Source of the DNA: a virus | Lineage: Duplodnaviria; Caudoviricetes | DNA: 28,127 nucleotides | Reading direction: 5' to 3' (one strand) | Virus record (IMG/VR): IMGVR_UViG_3300032239_002165 | Coordinates: 1-28,127 of that record | Shown here: piece after piece, positions 9,699 to 18,236 of the stretch | Numbering within the stretch: the first letter of the stretch is position 1 | How the letters are laid out: each line of letters opens with the position of its first letter | Translations under genes and position numbers: made by a program | Notes under the pieces: generated by a model | Told to the model about the DNA's origin: nothing | What the model saw: the letters and a program-made list of their open reading frames with translations, nothing else | The model's database searches: none

Positions 9699-10042
9699 CG
9701 GGTTACTTCTCCGGTGACGGTAAAGTCTCCGGAGATTAGCTTCGTGACGATGCCAGCACCAGAGACAAGTTCCAGGTCATATTGGTAATTTCCTGCGGCT
9801 ACAACCGCCAATGCGGCGGATGAGATAGCGATAGCAACAGTCCCAGCGGCACCGCCAAGCGTAATTCCGCTTGCGTTGGTAAGAGTCAAAATCGCGTCAG
9901 GTGACCCAGTAGAACGTCTAACTTGCATTCTTGCCGAATACCCTGTAATGTTAATCGGCGTGCCGGAAGAGTTGGCGTAAGTTAGCGTAGCCGTATAGTC
10001 GGTTCCTTGTTCGGCGGTAATATGATATGTCGATGCAGCCAT
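9695..10042 (-). CDS. Virion structural protein (BppU-N/baseplate-associated Ig-like)
   Basis: Start MAASTYH after AAGGGG. EQGTDY...PINITGYSARMQVR...YQYDLEL...GDFTV is a common tail/baseplate adaptor pattern. Confidence 0.7.
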   Translation of the reverse strand: MAASTYHITAEQGTDYTATLTYANSSGTPINITGYSARMQVRRSTGSPDAILTLTNASGITLGGAAGTVAIAISSAALAVVAAGNYQYDLELVSGAGIVTKLISGDFTVTGEVTR

Positions 10043-10061
10043 GTGGAACCCCTTTTTTAGA

Positions 10062-10403
10062 TTATCGAGAGATGGTGTCCCTAATCTTACGCAGTGAATC
10101 GGCTGCTGTCTCGTATGCTTGAATCTGGGCCGTAAGAGACTCAACAAGCTTTTTGCTGGCAACTGTCACGCTAACCATTGCTGTGACCTCCTCCTGCTCA
10201 ATCTCTGTTAGCCGTTTTCGAATTTTCGGGTATGCCCGGCTCCTCATGGGCACGCCTCCGGACGCGTAGCAGCGCATGGTCTCTGCCGTTAGCCCATATT
10301 CAACGCAAGCGTGCTCGCAAGCTTCTTTTATGCTTGGGTATTGAGCAAAGTCAACGGCAAGGATTCGCTGGAGGTCGCCTCCGGTAATTGCCGCTCGGAT
10401 CAT
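10062..10403 (-). CDS. Hypothetical protein (possible HTH + coiled coil)
   Basis: Start MIRAAITGG after GAGGT. SIKEACEHACVEYGLTAETMRCY is HTH-like. Confidence 0.6.
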   Translation of the reverse strand: MIRAAITGGDLQRILAVDFAQYPSIKEACEHACVEYGLTAETMRCYASGGVPMRSRAYPKIRKRLTEIEQEEVTAMVSVTVASKKLVESLTAQIQAYETAADSLRKIRDTISR

Positions 10404-10410
10404 AGCCACC

Positions 10411-10659
10411 TCAATAATAATCGGAGCACGAAGCAAAGTAGCCACACTGGCAAACTAGCTTGCACTTCTCGTCCCGCATTTCCTGCCCACAGTTTAAGCA
10501 GGTCCGCACCATCTCATCCGTATAGCGGCAATCGTAGCATATTGCACTCTTGTTGCCGTGAGACGAGCATAAATCTTTGTATTTTTTGCACTTTGTACAC
10601 TTGAATGCAACATCTGGGGAAAATTCACCGCAGAAATTACAGGGCCGGTTTTCAGTCAT
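10411..10659 (-). CDS. Cys-rich multi-zinc-finger protein
   Basis: Several CxxC pairs. ATG lies 6 nt after a TATACT -10 box (leaderless arrangement). Confidence 0.75.
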   Translation of the reverse strand: MTENRPCNFCGEFSPDVAFKCTKCKKYKDLCSSHGNKSAICYDCRYTDEMVRTCLNCGQEMRDEKCKLVCQCGYFASCSDYY

Positions 10660-10679
10660 AAGGCCAGTATACTACGACT
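10660..10679. promoter_or_regulatory. Symmetric bidirectional -10 element (AGTATACT) for two leaderless genes
   Basis: TATACT at 10668-10673 (+) and 10666-10671 (-), each exactly 6 nt from an ATG. No SD on either side. Confidence 0.65.
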
Positions 10680-11195
10680 ATGGCAAAGCGTGGGCGCGTT
10701 GGCGCCGAGCAGCTATCTGCTCTACGGGAAAAGATTAAAGGGCTTCACCTTCAAGGTGTGCCACTGCCGGAAATCGCCACAGCGATGCAGTTATCTACAG
10801 AAACCGTGCGAAAGCATATCTATGTGATTCGGAAACAATGGTCAGAAGAAGGCCCCGATGCCGCCTCTAGCCGCATGGAGCTTATCCAGCGAGCAAACTT
10901 AGTGGGGAAAATGGCAGCTGGCGGAGCCGCAAGGGCCCGAGGAACCAAGGAAGAGGCCATGTTTTTGAAGTTGCAACTTGAAGTCATTGATCGACTGGCA
11001 AAGCTTACCGGCGCATATACCAATGAGTTTTCTCAAATCAAAGCAGGGAGCACAAATGTTGCCATTCAAATTAATCAGAACATTCATGAAATTGATACGC
11101 TTGCCCCTGAGGACTTAGCAAAACGCCTTACTATGTGGGCCAACGAGCTTACGGATCAAATTCAGGTGATTGATGGAACAGCCGAAGAGCGTTAA
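10680..11195 (+). CDS. Terminase small subunit (N-terminal HTH)
   Basis: HTH LPEIATAMQLSTETVRKH; helical middle IDRLAKLTG; directly upstream of and overlapping TerL. Confidence 0.75.
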   Translation: MAKRGRVGAEQLSALREKIKGLHLQGVPLPEIATAMQLSTETVRKHIYVIRKQWSEEGPDAASSRMELIQRANLVGKMAAGGAARARGTKEEAMFLKLQLEVIDRLAKLTGAYTNEFSQIKAGSTNVAIQINQNIHEIDTLAPEDLAKRLTMWANELTDQIQVIDGTAEER

Positions 11196-12600
11196 CAATA
11201 GCTATCGGGAATGGTTGCGCGTCAAGGCGCAAACCTCGGATGCTGCGTTTGCCGAATATATCAGCGGCCTGGTCTTTCCTCGCCATTTGCGAGAAATGGA
11301 ACAGTTTCTTGACCAGAACGACCGAGGTCTTGTTTTAATGCCTCGAGGACATGCAAAGACTACACAGCTCATCCACCGTGCTGCCCGTATGGTTGGCGTA
11401 ACAAAAGGAAAAGTTCGGATTGGCGTTCTTACTGCTGTTATGTCTGACGCACTTGCTCGATCCAGGGCAATAAAGACTCTCATTGAGTCTCCGCATTTTG
11501 CTGAAGTTTTTCCTTGGGCGCAAGGTGGGGTTATTGGTTCAAAATGGACTGACGAAGTTTGGACTGTAAAAGGAGCAAACCTTGGAAAAGACTCAACTTG
11601 TTTTGCCGATGGCCTTGGATCAATTAAGCCTGGTGCCCGTCTTGATATTTTGTTTGCAGACGACATGGTTGGCATGAAAGAAAATGCCACTGCTATGCAG
11701 CGACAGAAAGCAAGCGAAACCTACTGGCAGGTTGTTGACCCCATGCTTGTACCAAAAGCAAAACGTTGGTACATTGGGACTCGTTGGCACGAGGATGATT
11801 TTTACGCCGAACTAATTACTAAACATGTGGCGCATTATCAGCGCCGGGCCCTTGAGGAAGACAGAGTGCTTTGGCCTGAAATGTATACTATTGCCGACAT
11901 GGAGCAAAAAAAGATGGAGCTTGGTACGCCAATCTTTATGTTGCAGTTCCAAAATGACGTCACATCTATGGGCGGAAACATCTTTCGGTATGAGTGGTTT
12001 AAGCGAGTTGACCGTGTCCCAGAAGGCGCTCGGCGCATTGGCGTAGACCTTGCATCATCAGCCAGCGAACGCAGCGACTACACCTCCGCAGTAGAGGTGG
12101 TTGAAGACTCCGAGCATAACCTTTACATCGTTGGGGCCTGGAAGGCTCGGCTGACTGAGGGCCATCGTGCCTGGCTTACCGGGTTTAACAACGATGGAAG
12201 CATTAATGACGCACGTGGCCCACGAATGGGCTGGCCCCAGCGTCTCTTGGCCATCAAGGGGCTTGACCCGGAGGCTGAAGATCCTCGATTTTTTGAATCG
12301 TTAAACATTGAAGCAGTGCAGCACCAAAGCACATTTGTCCGAGAAATGCTTGCAGCCACTACTTTGCCGGCTAGGCCCGTTCGCCCGGACCGCGATAAGG
12401 TGACACGATCACGGGCACTTGCGGCAAGGTATGAAGGGGGAAAGGTTTTTCACGTAAACAATGCTCCTGGCATTGACGAGCTAGAAGCTGAAATGATGGC
12501 ATTTCCAAATGGTTCTCATGACGACTTAGTTGATGCTCTTGTTTACGCCTCAGACCTTGGCGGATCTGGCTTCTACTTTACTTCCGCTCGAAGGTATTAG
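11170..12600 (+). CDS. terL: Terminase large subunit
   Basis: Walker A PRGHAKTT, Walker B ILFADD, IGTRWH coupling motif, nuclease IGVDLA...DYT...EAV, FPNGSHDDLVDA. Confidence 0.95.
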   Translation: MMEQPKSVNNSYREWLRVKAQTSDAAFAEYISGLVFPRHLREMEQFLDQNDRGLVLMPRGHAKTTQLIHRAARMVGVTKGKVRIGVLTAVMSDALARSRAIKTLIESPHFAEVFPWAQGGVIGSKWTDEVWTVKGANLGKDSTCFADGLGSIKPGARLDILFADDMVGMKENATAMQRQKASETYWQVVDPMLVPKAKRWYIGTRWHEDDFYAELITKHVAHYQRRALEEDRVLWPEMYTIADMEQKKMELGTPIFMLQFQNDVTSMGGNIFRYEWFKRVDRVPEGARRIGVDLASSASERSDYTSAVEVVEDSEHNLYIVGAWKARLTEGHRAWLTGFNNDGSINDARGPRMGWPQRLLAIKGLDPEAEDPRFFESLNIEAVQHQSTFVREMLAATTLPARPVRPDRDKVTRSRALAARYEGGKVFHVNNAPGIDELEAEMMAFPNGSHDDLVDALVYASDLGGSGFYFTSARRY

Positions 12601-12636
12601 GCCCAGAATCCGCAGTATTCCCAACAATAATCTTGG

Positions 12637-12972
12637 CTAACATTTTCCGCATTTACACGTAGAAACTTTATTAAAATTGACTAGCTCGTCAAATGTTGCA
12701 AATACTGGCATCCCCGGCTGAATGAATGCTCCCTCTACGTTGAATGAGATGTACTCGTCTGCTTCAAGGTACGGGTCAAATCCTTCTTCTTGGTCCTGGT
12801 CACGGCCTTGTTCCTGCTCAATAATTTCTTCAGCCATCTTCTTAACCATCTTGTTGCGATCATAGATAGCTATGATTTTTGGGCCATCGCTTCCGTGAAA
12901 GATTGTACCGTGCCCAACTAGGCACTCTTCCCACCCATCTGCGTACAGAACGTCTTCAACTTTTTCTATCAT
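12637..12972 (-). CDS. Hypothetical phage protein
   Basis: Start MIEKV after GAGGT. ADGWEECLVG...AIYD...EADEYISFNVEGAF is a recurrent phage protein pattern. Confidence 0.75.
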   Translation of the reverse strand: MIEKVEDVLYADGWEECLVGHGTIFHGSDGPKIIAIYDRNKMVKKMAEEIIEQEQGRDQDQEEGFDPYLEADEYISFNVEGAFIQPGMPVFATFDELVNFNKVSTCKCGKC

Positions 12973-12974
12973 GA

Positions 12975-13331
12975 TTACCTCAAAACAAATAAGCGCTTCT
13001 TTGCGCACGACACACAATAATTGTTTGAGTGTCGATCTGACAATGTGTTTGATTGCATTCCTGCTGGGGCAATGTGACTATTGCAAGAGCTACAGTACCA
13101 CCCTGGCGATATGGCTGCTTTCCTAACTACAAGCATGTATTCCCACATCTGCTTGCCGTTTACACTATTATGTTTATTTGCGATTTCGTGACCGTCTTTC
13201 CTGAGTTCGGCTATGGCCGGAGCAAAGCGTTCGTCTTTTCCCAATGTTTTTTGAATAAGGTTTTGCGGTACCCAAGTGTTTTCGCGGTCTTTCAGCATTT
13301 TTAACACTGTGCTCTTTACGGCTTCGTTCAC
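12975..13331 (-). CDS. Winged-HTH + Zn-finger protein
   Basis: GTG overlaps the upstream TGA. APAIAELRKDGHEI is wHTH-like; two CxxC pairs. Confidence 0.65.
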   Translation of the reverse strand: MNEAVKSTVLKMLKDRENTWVPQNLIQKTLGKDERFAPAIAELRKDGHEIANKHNSVNGKQMWEYMLVVRKAAISPGWYCSSCNSHIAPAGMQSNTLSDRHSNNYCVSCAKKRLFVLR

Positions 13332-13675
13332 GCTACAACCTGGTATGAGGCGGCCACTTGATTGATCCACATGTATGCAGCAGACTCGCAATCTTGTAGG
13401 GTTGAATGTTTAGCTGCGTACCCCCGATGATTAGATCCAATCGTAACCCCGACATACATGTGCAGCTTTGATGTTTTCCTATTTTTTTGAATTGTGCACA
13501 TACCCTGGGATGGTCCAACAATTGCATTCTTCAGGCAGATTACGTGGGCCATCATGTCAACAAACTCAAGTATCTCATCGCTTGTGTTGTGGATATCTTT
13601 CGTTGTGTCTGGGCGGCGTGAATGTCCAGACATGTCAAATGCATCACGCATCGTTTTAAGGGTTTTTTGTTTCAT
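13328..13675 (-). CDS. Hypothetical protein
   Basis: GAGGGG RBS; overlaps both neighbours in the leftward operon. Confidence 0.65.
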   Translation of the reverse strand: MKQKTLKTMRDAFDMSGHSRRPDTTKDIHNTSDEILEFVDMMAHVICLKNAIVGPSQGMCTIQKNRKTSKLHMYVGVTIGSNHRGYAAKHSTLQDCESAAYMWINQVAASYQVVA

Positions 13676-13856
13676 TTGTATTCCCCCTCATGACTTCACG
13701 CGCATCAACCGCTGCGTCATCCCAATTTTCGGAAAAACCCGTTGCTCTAAACGTTCGTGTATTTGTATCAAATACGGCCCATATAGTCAATCCTGTCTTG
13801 GGTTCTTTCTCAAAAATTAAATGATAATTTTCTTGGTCGCTTTTAAAAATCTTCAT
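13656..13856 (-). CDS. Hypothetical protein (66 aa)
   Basis: Start MKIFKSDQ after GAGGT; fills the operon. Confidence 0.65.
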   Translation of the reverse strand: MKIFKSDQENYHLIFEKEPKTGLTIWAVFDTNTRTFRATGFSENWDDAAVDAREVMRGNTNETKNP

Positions 13857-14277
13857 CTGGGACCTCATGGCGCAACGGCATTTTTGTAAACATCGCAAGC
13901 GGACAAGTTTTGTCCCAACAGTAGCCACCATCTTCAGGGGTGTTACCAGAGCATGATATGCACATTTTATCTATGGCCATTTGCAGTTTTGTGTGCCTAG
14001 CGCTGGCGGCAATTTCCTGGACATCCTTTGGCCGTGATGCAAACCTTTCGCGCAACACGTTTGCGCGCTCGGGGTTTTTTGTCTGCAAAACTTGAATAAA
14101 ATCATCTGCAAACTTATCAACAATATTTCGGTGCCCATAAATGTATGCCTGGATTGTTCTTGCAGTAAAGTTTGGCATGATTTCTGAAAGTTTATCGGCA
14201 GAAACTTTTCGACTAGTGCCCGGGAACATTAGTTCAAGCTCTTGCTCGAGGTCATCAAAAGTCATCAAAGAGCTCAC
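13843..14277 (-). CDS. Putative DNA-binding protein with C-terminal Zn motif
   Basis: HTH-like TARTIQAYIYGHR; AIDKMCISCSG...CWDKTCPL. Confidence 0.65.
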   Translation of the reverse strand: MSSLMTFDDLEQELELMFPGTSRKVSADKLSEIMPNFTARTIQAYIYGHRNIVDKFADDFIQVLQTKNPERANVLRERFASRPKDVQEIAASARHTKLQMAIDKMCISCSGNTPEDGGYCWDKTCPLAMFTKMPLRHEVPDEDF

Positions 14278-14693
14278 TTGCTGTCGCCCCTGTAATCTCC
14301 TTCTACAAAAAAATCATCAGTCTCCCCTTGCGCTAATGGCTTTCCCCAAGTTCCGCGCAAGAGAGAGATTGCAATTAGAGAGTAGTTTGCCATGTCCATA
14401 AGTGTGTCTTCCAGGGACTCTTCTGTTTCTCCGTCTATTGTGTCAAGAATCACTTTGCCATCAATGACTCGGCCCTGCAAAAATTTTTGAGCTCGAGAAA
14501 TTTTGTCAAAAGCAATCCGGCTTATAACCCCATGAATTCCCAGCTGTTCGATGTTCGTATTTCCATAGCGTGCTTGTTTGCGAATAAGAAGATTAAGGGC
14601 TTCTGAAAATATTGCTTGAAACTCTTCTTCAAAACTGCCCCTTGGTGCCAAAATGCCCCCAACTACAAGTTCTGGGTAATTAACAGTCTTCAT
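14274..14693 (-). CDS. Nucleotide modification associated domain protein (DUF1599/Nmad1-like)
   Basis: LLIRKQARYG...GVISRI.FDKISR...ESLEDTLMDMANYSLIA signature. Start MKTVNYP is 1 nt after the epimerase stop. Confidence 0.8.
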   Translation of the reverse strand: MKTVNYPELVVGGILAPRGSFEEEFQAIFSEALNLLIRKQARYGNTNIEQLGIHGVISRIAFDKISRAQKFLQGRVIDGKVILDTIDGETEESLEDTLMDMANYSLIAISLLRGTWGKPLAQGETDDFFVEGDYRGDSK

Positions 14694-14694
14694 G

Positions 14695-15570
14695 CTACTC
14701 CCTTGCGCTAAGCGCGCGTTTAATTCCTGTTTCCAAGTCAATCTTTGGCGTATACACCGTGAGCATAGCGGATATGTCGGCCACCCGCCAATTCACTCCC
14801 TCAGGCTTATCTGTAAGGAATTGAAATTTTGGGAAATACCCCCTTGCCTTGGCAACCATTTCTCCCAGCTCCCGAAAACTTGTTGGGTGTCCCGTACCAA
14901 TATTAAGCGGCCCAACGTAATCCTGTTTTACAGCCGCATCAACACACCGAACTACGTCGCTAATGTGCACGAAATCTCGTGTTTGCGTTCCGTCGCCCCA
15001 AATGACAAAAGGGTTATCTCGATTAACGCCACGATCAATAAATGATGGGAACGGGTAATCAAGGGCCTGGTCTTCACCATACCCGGAAAACGGGCGGAAT
15101 ACATGCGTGCGCACGCCCTCTGCCTCAGCAAATTGCGCCAAGTATTCTCCGGTTAGCTTTGACCAGCCGTAAGTCAGATCTGGGTTGCGGATATTACCTA
15201 AGTTTAAGTCTGACTCTGTAAGCTTTTTGTGGGAATGTTTTGTTTGCAGCTCAATGGGATATGCCGCCGATGATGAAAAGTACACTACCCGTGGTTGCTT
15301 TGTCCTAATTGCCCACTGCCACATCTCCGCGTCAATTGAAAGATCAACGGCAACCGATAGGGGGTTTCCCTCAATCTTTGCCCTTCCGCCAACAACCGCT
15401 GCTAAGTGAATTACCAGGTCAAACTTTGTGTGGTTTGCCAAGCTAAAAAACTTTCGAACGTCCATGGAGTCAATAATATCGACGCCTAAGATTGTGTGGC
15501 CCTGATCCTCATAGAACTTTTGGAAATGCCTGCCAACAAATCCTCGATGCCCGGTGATTAGGATATTCAT
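14695..15570 (-). CDS. NAD-dependent NDP-sugar epimerase/dehydratase (extended SDR)
   Basis: ITGHRGFVG Rossmann motif, HLAA, SSSAAY, YGWSK catalytic YxxxK, WGDGTQTRDFVHISD. Confidence 0.95.
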   Translation of the reverse strand: MNILITGHRGFVGRHFQKFYEDQGHTILGVDIIDSMDVRKFFSLANHTKFDLVIHLAAVVGGRAKIEGNPLSVAVDLSIDAEMWQWAIRTKQPRVVYFSSSAAYPIELQTKHSHKKLTESDLNLGNIRNPDLTYGWSKLTGEYLAQFAEAEGVRTHVFRPFSGYGEDQALDYPFPSFIDRGVNRDNPFVIWGDGTQTRDFVHISDVVRCVDAAVKQDYVGPLNIGTGHPTSFRELGEMVAKARGYFPKFQFLTDKPEGVNWRVADISAMLTVYTPKIDLETGIKRALSARE

Positions 15571-16223
15571 TCTTGAATCTTCTTTAAATCTTTTTGAAAT
15601 TGCTGTTCCATATACTTCCCGTATGATTCTGCGTCTTTTTCATAAATACTTTTGTGATTAACTTCTTTATATCCAGCATCAATTTGTGACTTACCTGCCA
15701 AATAGTGCATGTGTTCAATAACCACGTCATGGCGATAACAAAGTTGGCCAAGTGCCGTTCCAAGGTTTTTCCAGAAATTATCCATGTACATGTGAACCAG
15801 CACTGGCGGCACCATGTACCCGATAGCCTGAACAATATTAGACGACATCATGACGGCTGTTGGCAAATTTTCCCCTTGAAATAAATCATTTCCGTATGCA
15901 ATACCGGGCCCTTCGTCAATCATATTGGCAAGACGAAGATCCCAGCTTTGCGTTCGTGGACGGTGGTCGTCGCCCATAAAAGAAAGGTAGTCATATTTAT
16001 CTGCATATTTGGTTGCAAGAAGATTGAGCGTGCCGCCCATTCGAAGCCGGGGGTTTCGCTCGGCATGCTCCAAGACCTCTTCGGGATACTCGCTAACGTC
16101 ATCGTCATCAAGGCCAAAGACAATGTCGGACATGACTGCCGTTGTATTAAATTCTTTCAAAAGCTCCAACGCGCTTTCCGGGCGATTCCTTGTTGGAACA
16201 ATGAGCAGGTTTCGTTTATCCAC
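15567..16223 (-). CDS. Glycosyltransferase, GT-A / GT2-like
   Basis: LIVPTRNRP, DDDD, MGDDH (DxD-like), HMYMDN, IEHMHY. Confidence 0.85.
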   Translation of the reverse strand: MDKRNLLIVPTRNRPESALELLKEFNTTAVMSDIVFGLDDDDVSEYPEEVLEHAERNPRLRMGGTLNLLATKYADKYDYLSFMGDDHRPRTQSWDLRLANMIDEGPGIAYGNDLFQGENLPTAVMMSSNIVQAIGYMVPPVLVHMYMDNFWKNLGTALGQLCYRHDVVIEHMHYLAGKSQIDAGYKEVNHKSIYEKDAESYGKYMEQQFQKDLKKIQE

Positions 16224-16437
16224 GGTCCCTCCTAGTTTTCATCTCAATGAGCCATTGAGCTTCAGCTTCCGATAGCCGAACAAAATCTCCTGATTCATAG
16301 TTTCCAGGAAATTGCACAGAATATGGCTCTAGGTCGTCTACCCATCGCGGCTCAAGCTTCATGGACATGTTAAATGCAGAAGACCACAAATACCAAATCG
16401 CTGCCGCTTTGGGCGTAGGTGGAGTGCTCTGATTCAT
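16216..16437 (-). CDS. Hypothetical protein (73 aa), leaderless
   Basis: ATG 16437 lies 6 nt after the extended -10 TGgTATAGT; first gene of the leftward operon. Confidence 0.65.
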   Translation of the reverse strand: MNQSTPPTPKAAAIWYLWSSAFNMSMKLEPRWVDDLEPYSVQFPGNYESGDFVRLSEAEAQWLIEMKTRRDRG

Positions 16438-16443
16438 GGGTGG

Positions 16444-16452
16444 ACTATACCA
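16444..16452 (-). promoter_or_regulatory. Extended -10 promoter (TGgTATAGT), leaderless
   Basis: TATAGT-ccaccc-ATG. Confidence 0.6.
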
Positions 16453-16476
16453 CAGCCGACGTAGATTTTTTGTTTC

Positions 16477-16505
16477 TTGACCCAGCCTATTGGTATCGGT
16501 ACTTT
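16477..16505 (+). promoter_or_regulatory. Sigma70-type promoter
   Basis: TTGACC-N17-TACTTT; predicted +1 near 16512. Confidence 0.6.
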
Positions 16506-16565
16506 GGTTTGGTATCGCCTTCCGACCGCGATGCAGCGCCCTTGGACGTTGATCCAAGGTGAGGC

Positions 16566-16652
16566 GGGGGGTTTATCCCAGTCGGTTGGGTAGGCAATGG
16601 GCCAAGGTGCGTCGACGGACGAACTGCCGGGCCGTATTGCCACCCTCCGCCA
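16566..16652 (+). ncRNA. Candidate tRNA-like structured RNA (acceptor stem + D-arm-like hairpin, no T-arm)
   Basis: GGGGGGT/ACCCTCC-GCCA; CCC-AGTCGGTT-GGG; long hairpin GGCAAT...ATTGCC. Confidence 0.4.
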
Positions 16653-16666
16653 ATACTGGAGGAGCT

Positions 16667-16852
16667 ATGGCACCAAAAGGAAAAACTTCGGTTAGTAAAG
16701 AAAAAAAAGCACCGGTCCTAACCGGTCGAATCTGCGCTTCTTGCTCCAAGCCGATGGCGTCTAATGAAATTACTACCATTTTGTCAATTGTCATTAGCGC
16801 CGGCGGCTCAGCCGCTAAGCGGTATATCCACAGGCACAAGAAGTGCTCATGA
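16667..16852 (+). CDS. Small basic Zn-finger protein
   Basis: GGAGGAG RBS; MAPKGK...CASC...HKKC. Confidence 0.75.
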   Translation: MAPKGKTSVSKEKKAPVLTGRICASCSKPMASNEITTILSIVISAGGSAAKRYIHRHKKCS

Positions 16853-17016
16853 ACACAAATCAAGCCGGGCTTAGCGAACTCGAATGGGATGATGATGGCT
16901 GTGTCGACCTTTGCGCCGAGCATTTGATTTCTCGTTCGTGCGAAGTGTGCTCCGTTGCGTTTTTTGTGTGTCCTGACCACGAAGGCTCTGTGGAGGCCTG
17001 TAGTGAGTGTTCGTAA
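16849..17016 (+). CDS. Cys-rich acidic microprotein (55 aa), not in the ORF track
   Basis: MNTNQAGLSELEWDDDGCVDLCAEHLISRSCEVCSVAFFVCPDHEGSVEACSECS; ATGA overlap with the upstream stop. Confidence 0.7.
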   Translation: MNTNQAGLSELEWDDDGCVDLCAEHLISRSCEVCSVAFFVCPDHEGSVEACSECS

Positions 17017-17497
17017 GGGAATTAAGGTCAAGCGCAATTTAGAAATTGGAGAACTGTTTCTTGACGGCTATACCGCCAATGAAATAGGTCGGATGATGGG
17101 GATCAGCAAACAGCGCGTTTCTTTTATTTTGCATAATCTCGGAATCCGTGCAGAAGAGGAGTTTACAACCGTCATCCTTCCGCAACCAATGATTGTTGCC
17201 CTTGATTTTGGAGATGCCGTTTCCGAACATATGATTGGCTGGTCTAAAATTGGTTTAATTCCCAAGCCGGATCAAATCCTTGAGACAACTCGTGAACAAG
17301 CACACGAAACGTTACGAGAGCTATCTAAGCTACCCAACGTTTGTGCATATGTTCCAATTGTTGAAGGCGAGGATTTGCCGGGCCGAGAAATTAGATCTGA
17401 CTGGCTTGTATATGCCTATCCCCTTAAAGAAGCCAGGATTATTTCTTCTTCGATTCCAGCTGGTTTGGAACGTTCTTTAAAAGAGCTACTACCGTAG
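17003..17497 (+). CDS. HTH DNA-binding protein (sigma-70 region 4-like)
   Basis: GGAGG 6 nt before GTG 17003; GYTANEIGRMMGISKQRVSFIL. Confidence 0.7.
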   Translation: MSVRKGIKVKRNLEIGELFLDGYTANEIGRMMGISKQRVSFILHNLGIRAEEEFTTVILPQPMIVALDFGDAVSEHMIGWSKIGLIPKPDQILETTREQAHETLRELSKLPNVCAYVPIVEGEDLPGREIRSDWLVYAYPLKEARIISSSIPAGLERSLKELLP

Positions 17498-18236
17498 CGT
17501 CAAAACGATAAAGACTGAACCCCACGTGGGTGGTTAGTGCATCAAGTTTTGCATATACTTCTGCTCCAGATTTCCTTGCAAGGTTGCAGAAAGATACATC
17601 TTCTCCAGAATAGTCTTTAAATTTTATCCCATCTTTTTCAGCCCATTCCATGTCGTACCTAAAAAACTCATGAATAATTTTTCCGGAAACCATGGTTTTA
17701 TCTTCTTGGTTTTCTTTCATAATTTTTTCCAGCACTTGCCTGGATACAAGCATAACTCCGGTGCCAATCCATTTGACTTTTGCCAGGCCGTAGTCATTTG
17801 GGAACAGGTAGTCGCTGACGCCTAGATGAAAGTTTGCATCGCCAAGGATCGCCGGAATAGCCTCAACTGGAAAATCTGGGTTATCCCGAATGGTTTGCGC
17901 CACACGATCCCACTTAACAAACTTTTTTGAGCACGGGAATCCAATTACGGCGTTGTCTAGGTGCGGCAGTGCCGCTAGTACATCTTCGGGCCGATATGCA
18001 ATGTCGGAATCGACCATAAGCAACCAATCCGCGTCAGACTTAAGAAAGTCATCGACTAAATGGTTGCGCGCTCCGGCAAGCAAGGAGTTTCCAATATGTA
18101 GCTGCATAGAAAAGTTAATCTTGTTTTGATAAAGCGCTGTCTTGAGCCCTGACAAAGATTGCGCATATTCGGCAGAGACGCGACCGTCTAGGGTTGGCGT
18201 TGCCAACATTAGTTTAAGGTATTTCTTTTCCGCCAT
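17439..18236 (-). CDS. Glycosyltransferase, GT-A fold (paralog 1)
   Basis: LATPTLDG...GNSLLAGARN...LMVDSDI (DxD)...GTGVMLVSR...GEDVSFC. Confidence 0.85.
   Translation of the reverse strand: MAEKKYLKLMLATPTLDGRVSAEYAQSLSGLKTALYQNKINFSMQLHIGNSLLAGARNHLVDDFLKSDADWLLMVDSDIAYRPEDVLAALPHLDNAVIGFPCSKKFVKWDRVAQTIRDNPDFPVEAIPAILGDANFHLGVSDYLFPNDYGLAKVKWIGTGVMLVSRQVLEKIMKENQEDKTMVSGKIIHEFFRYDMEWAEKDGIKFKDYSGEDVSFCNLARKSGAEVYAKLDALTTHVGFSLYRFDATVVALLKNVPNQLESKKK

Noticed and set aside
3-10042. Diversity-generating retroelement or invertible fibre switch
   Set aside because: No reverse transcriptase, no recombinase, no adenine-specific TR/VR pair and no flanking inverted repeats seen by eye.
16581-16628. 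HDV-like/theta ribozyme topology (GUCGGU/GUCGAC, GG, CGAA, GGUAG/CUGCC)
   Set aside because: The would-be L3 is 11 nt and lacks the UCCxCGY consensus; the competing long hairpin is stronger.
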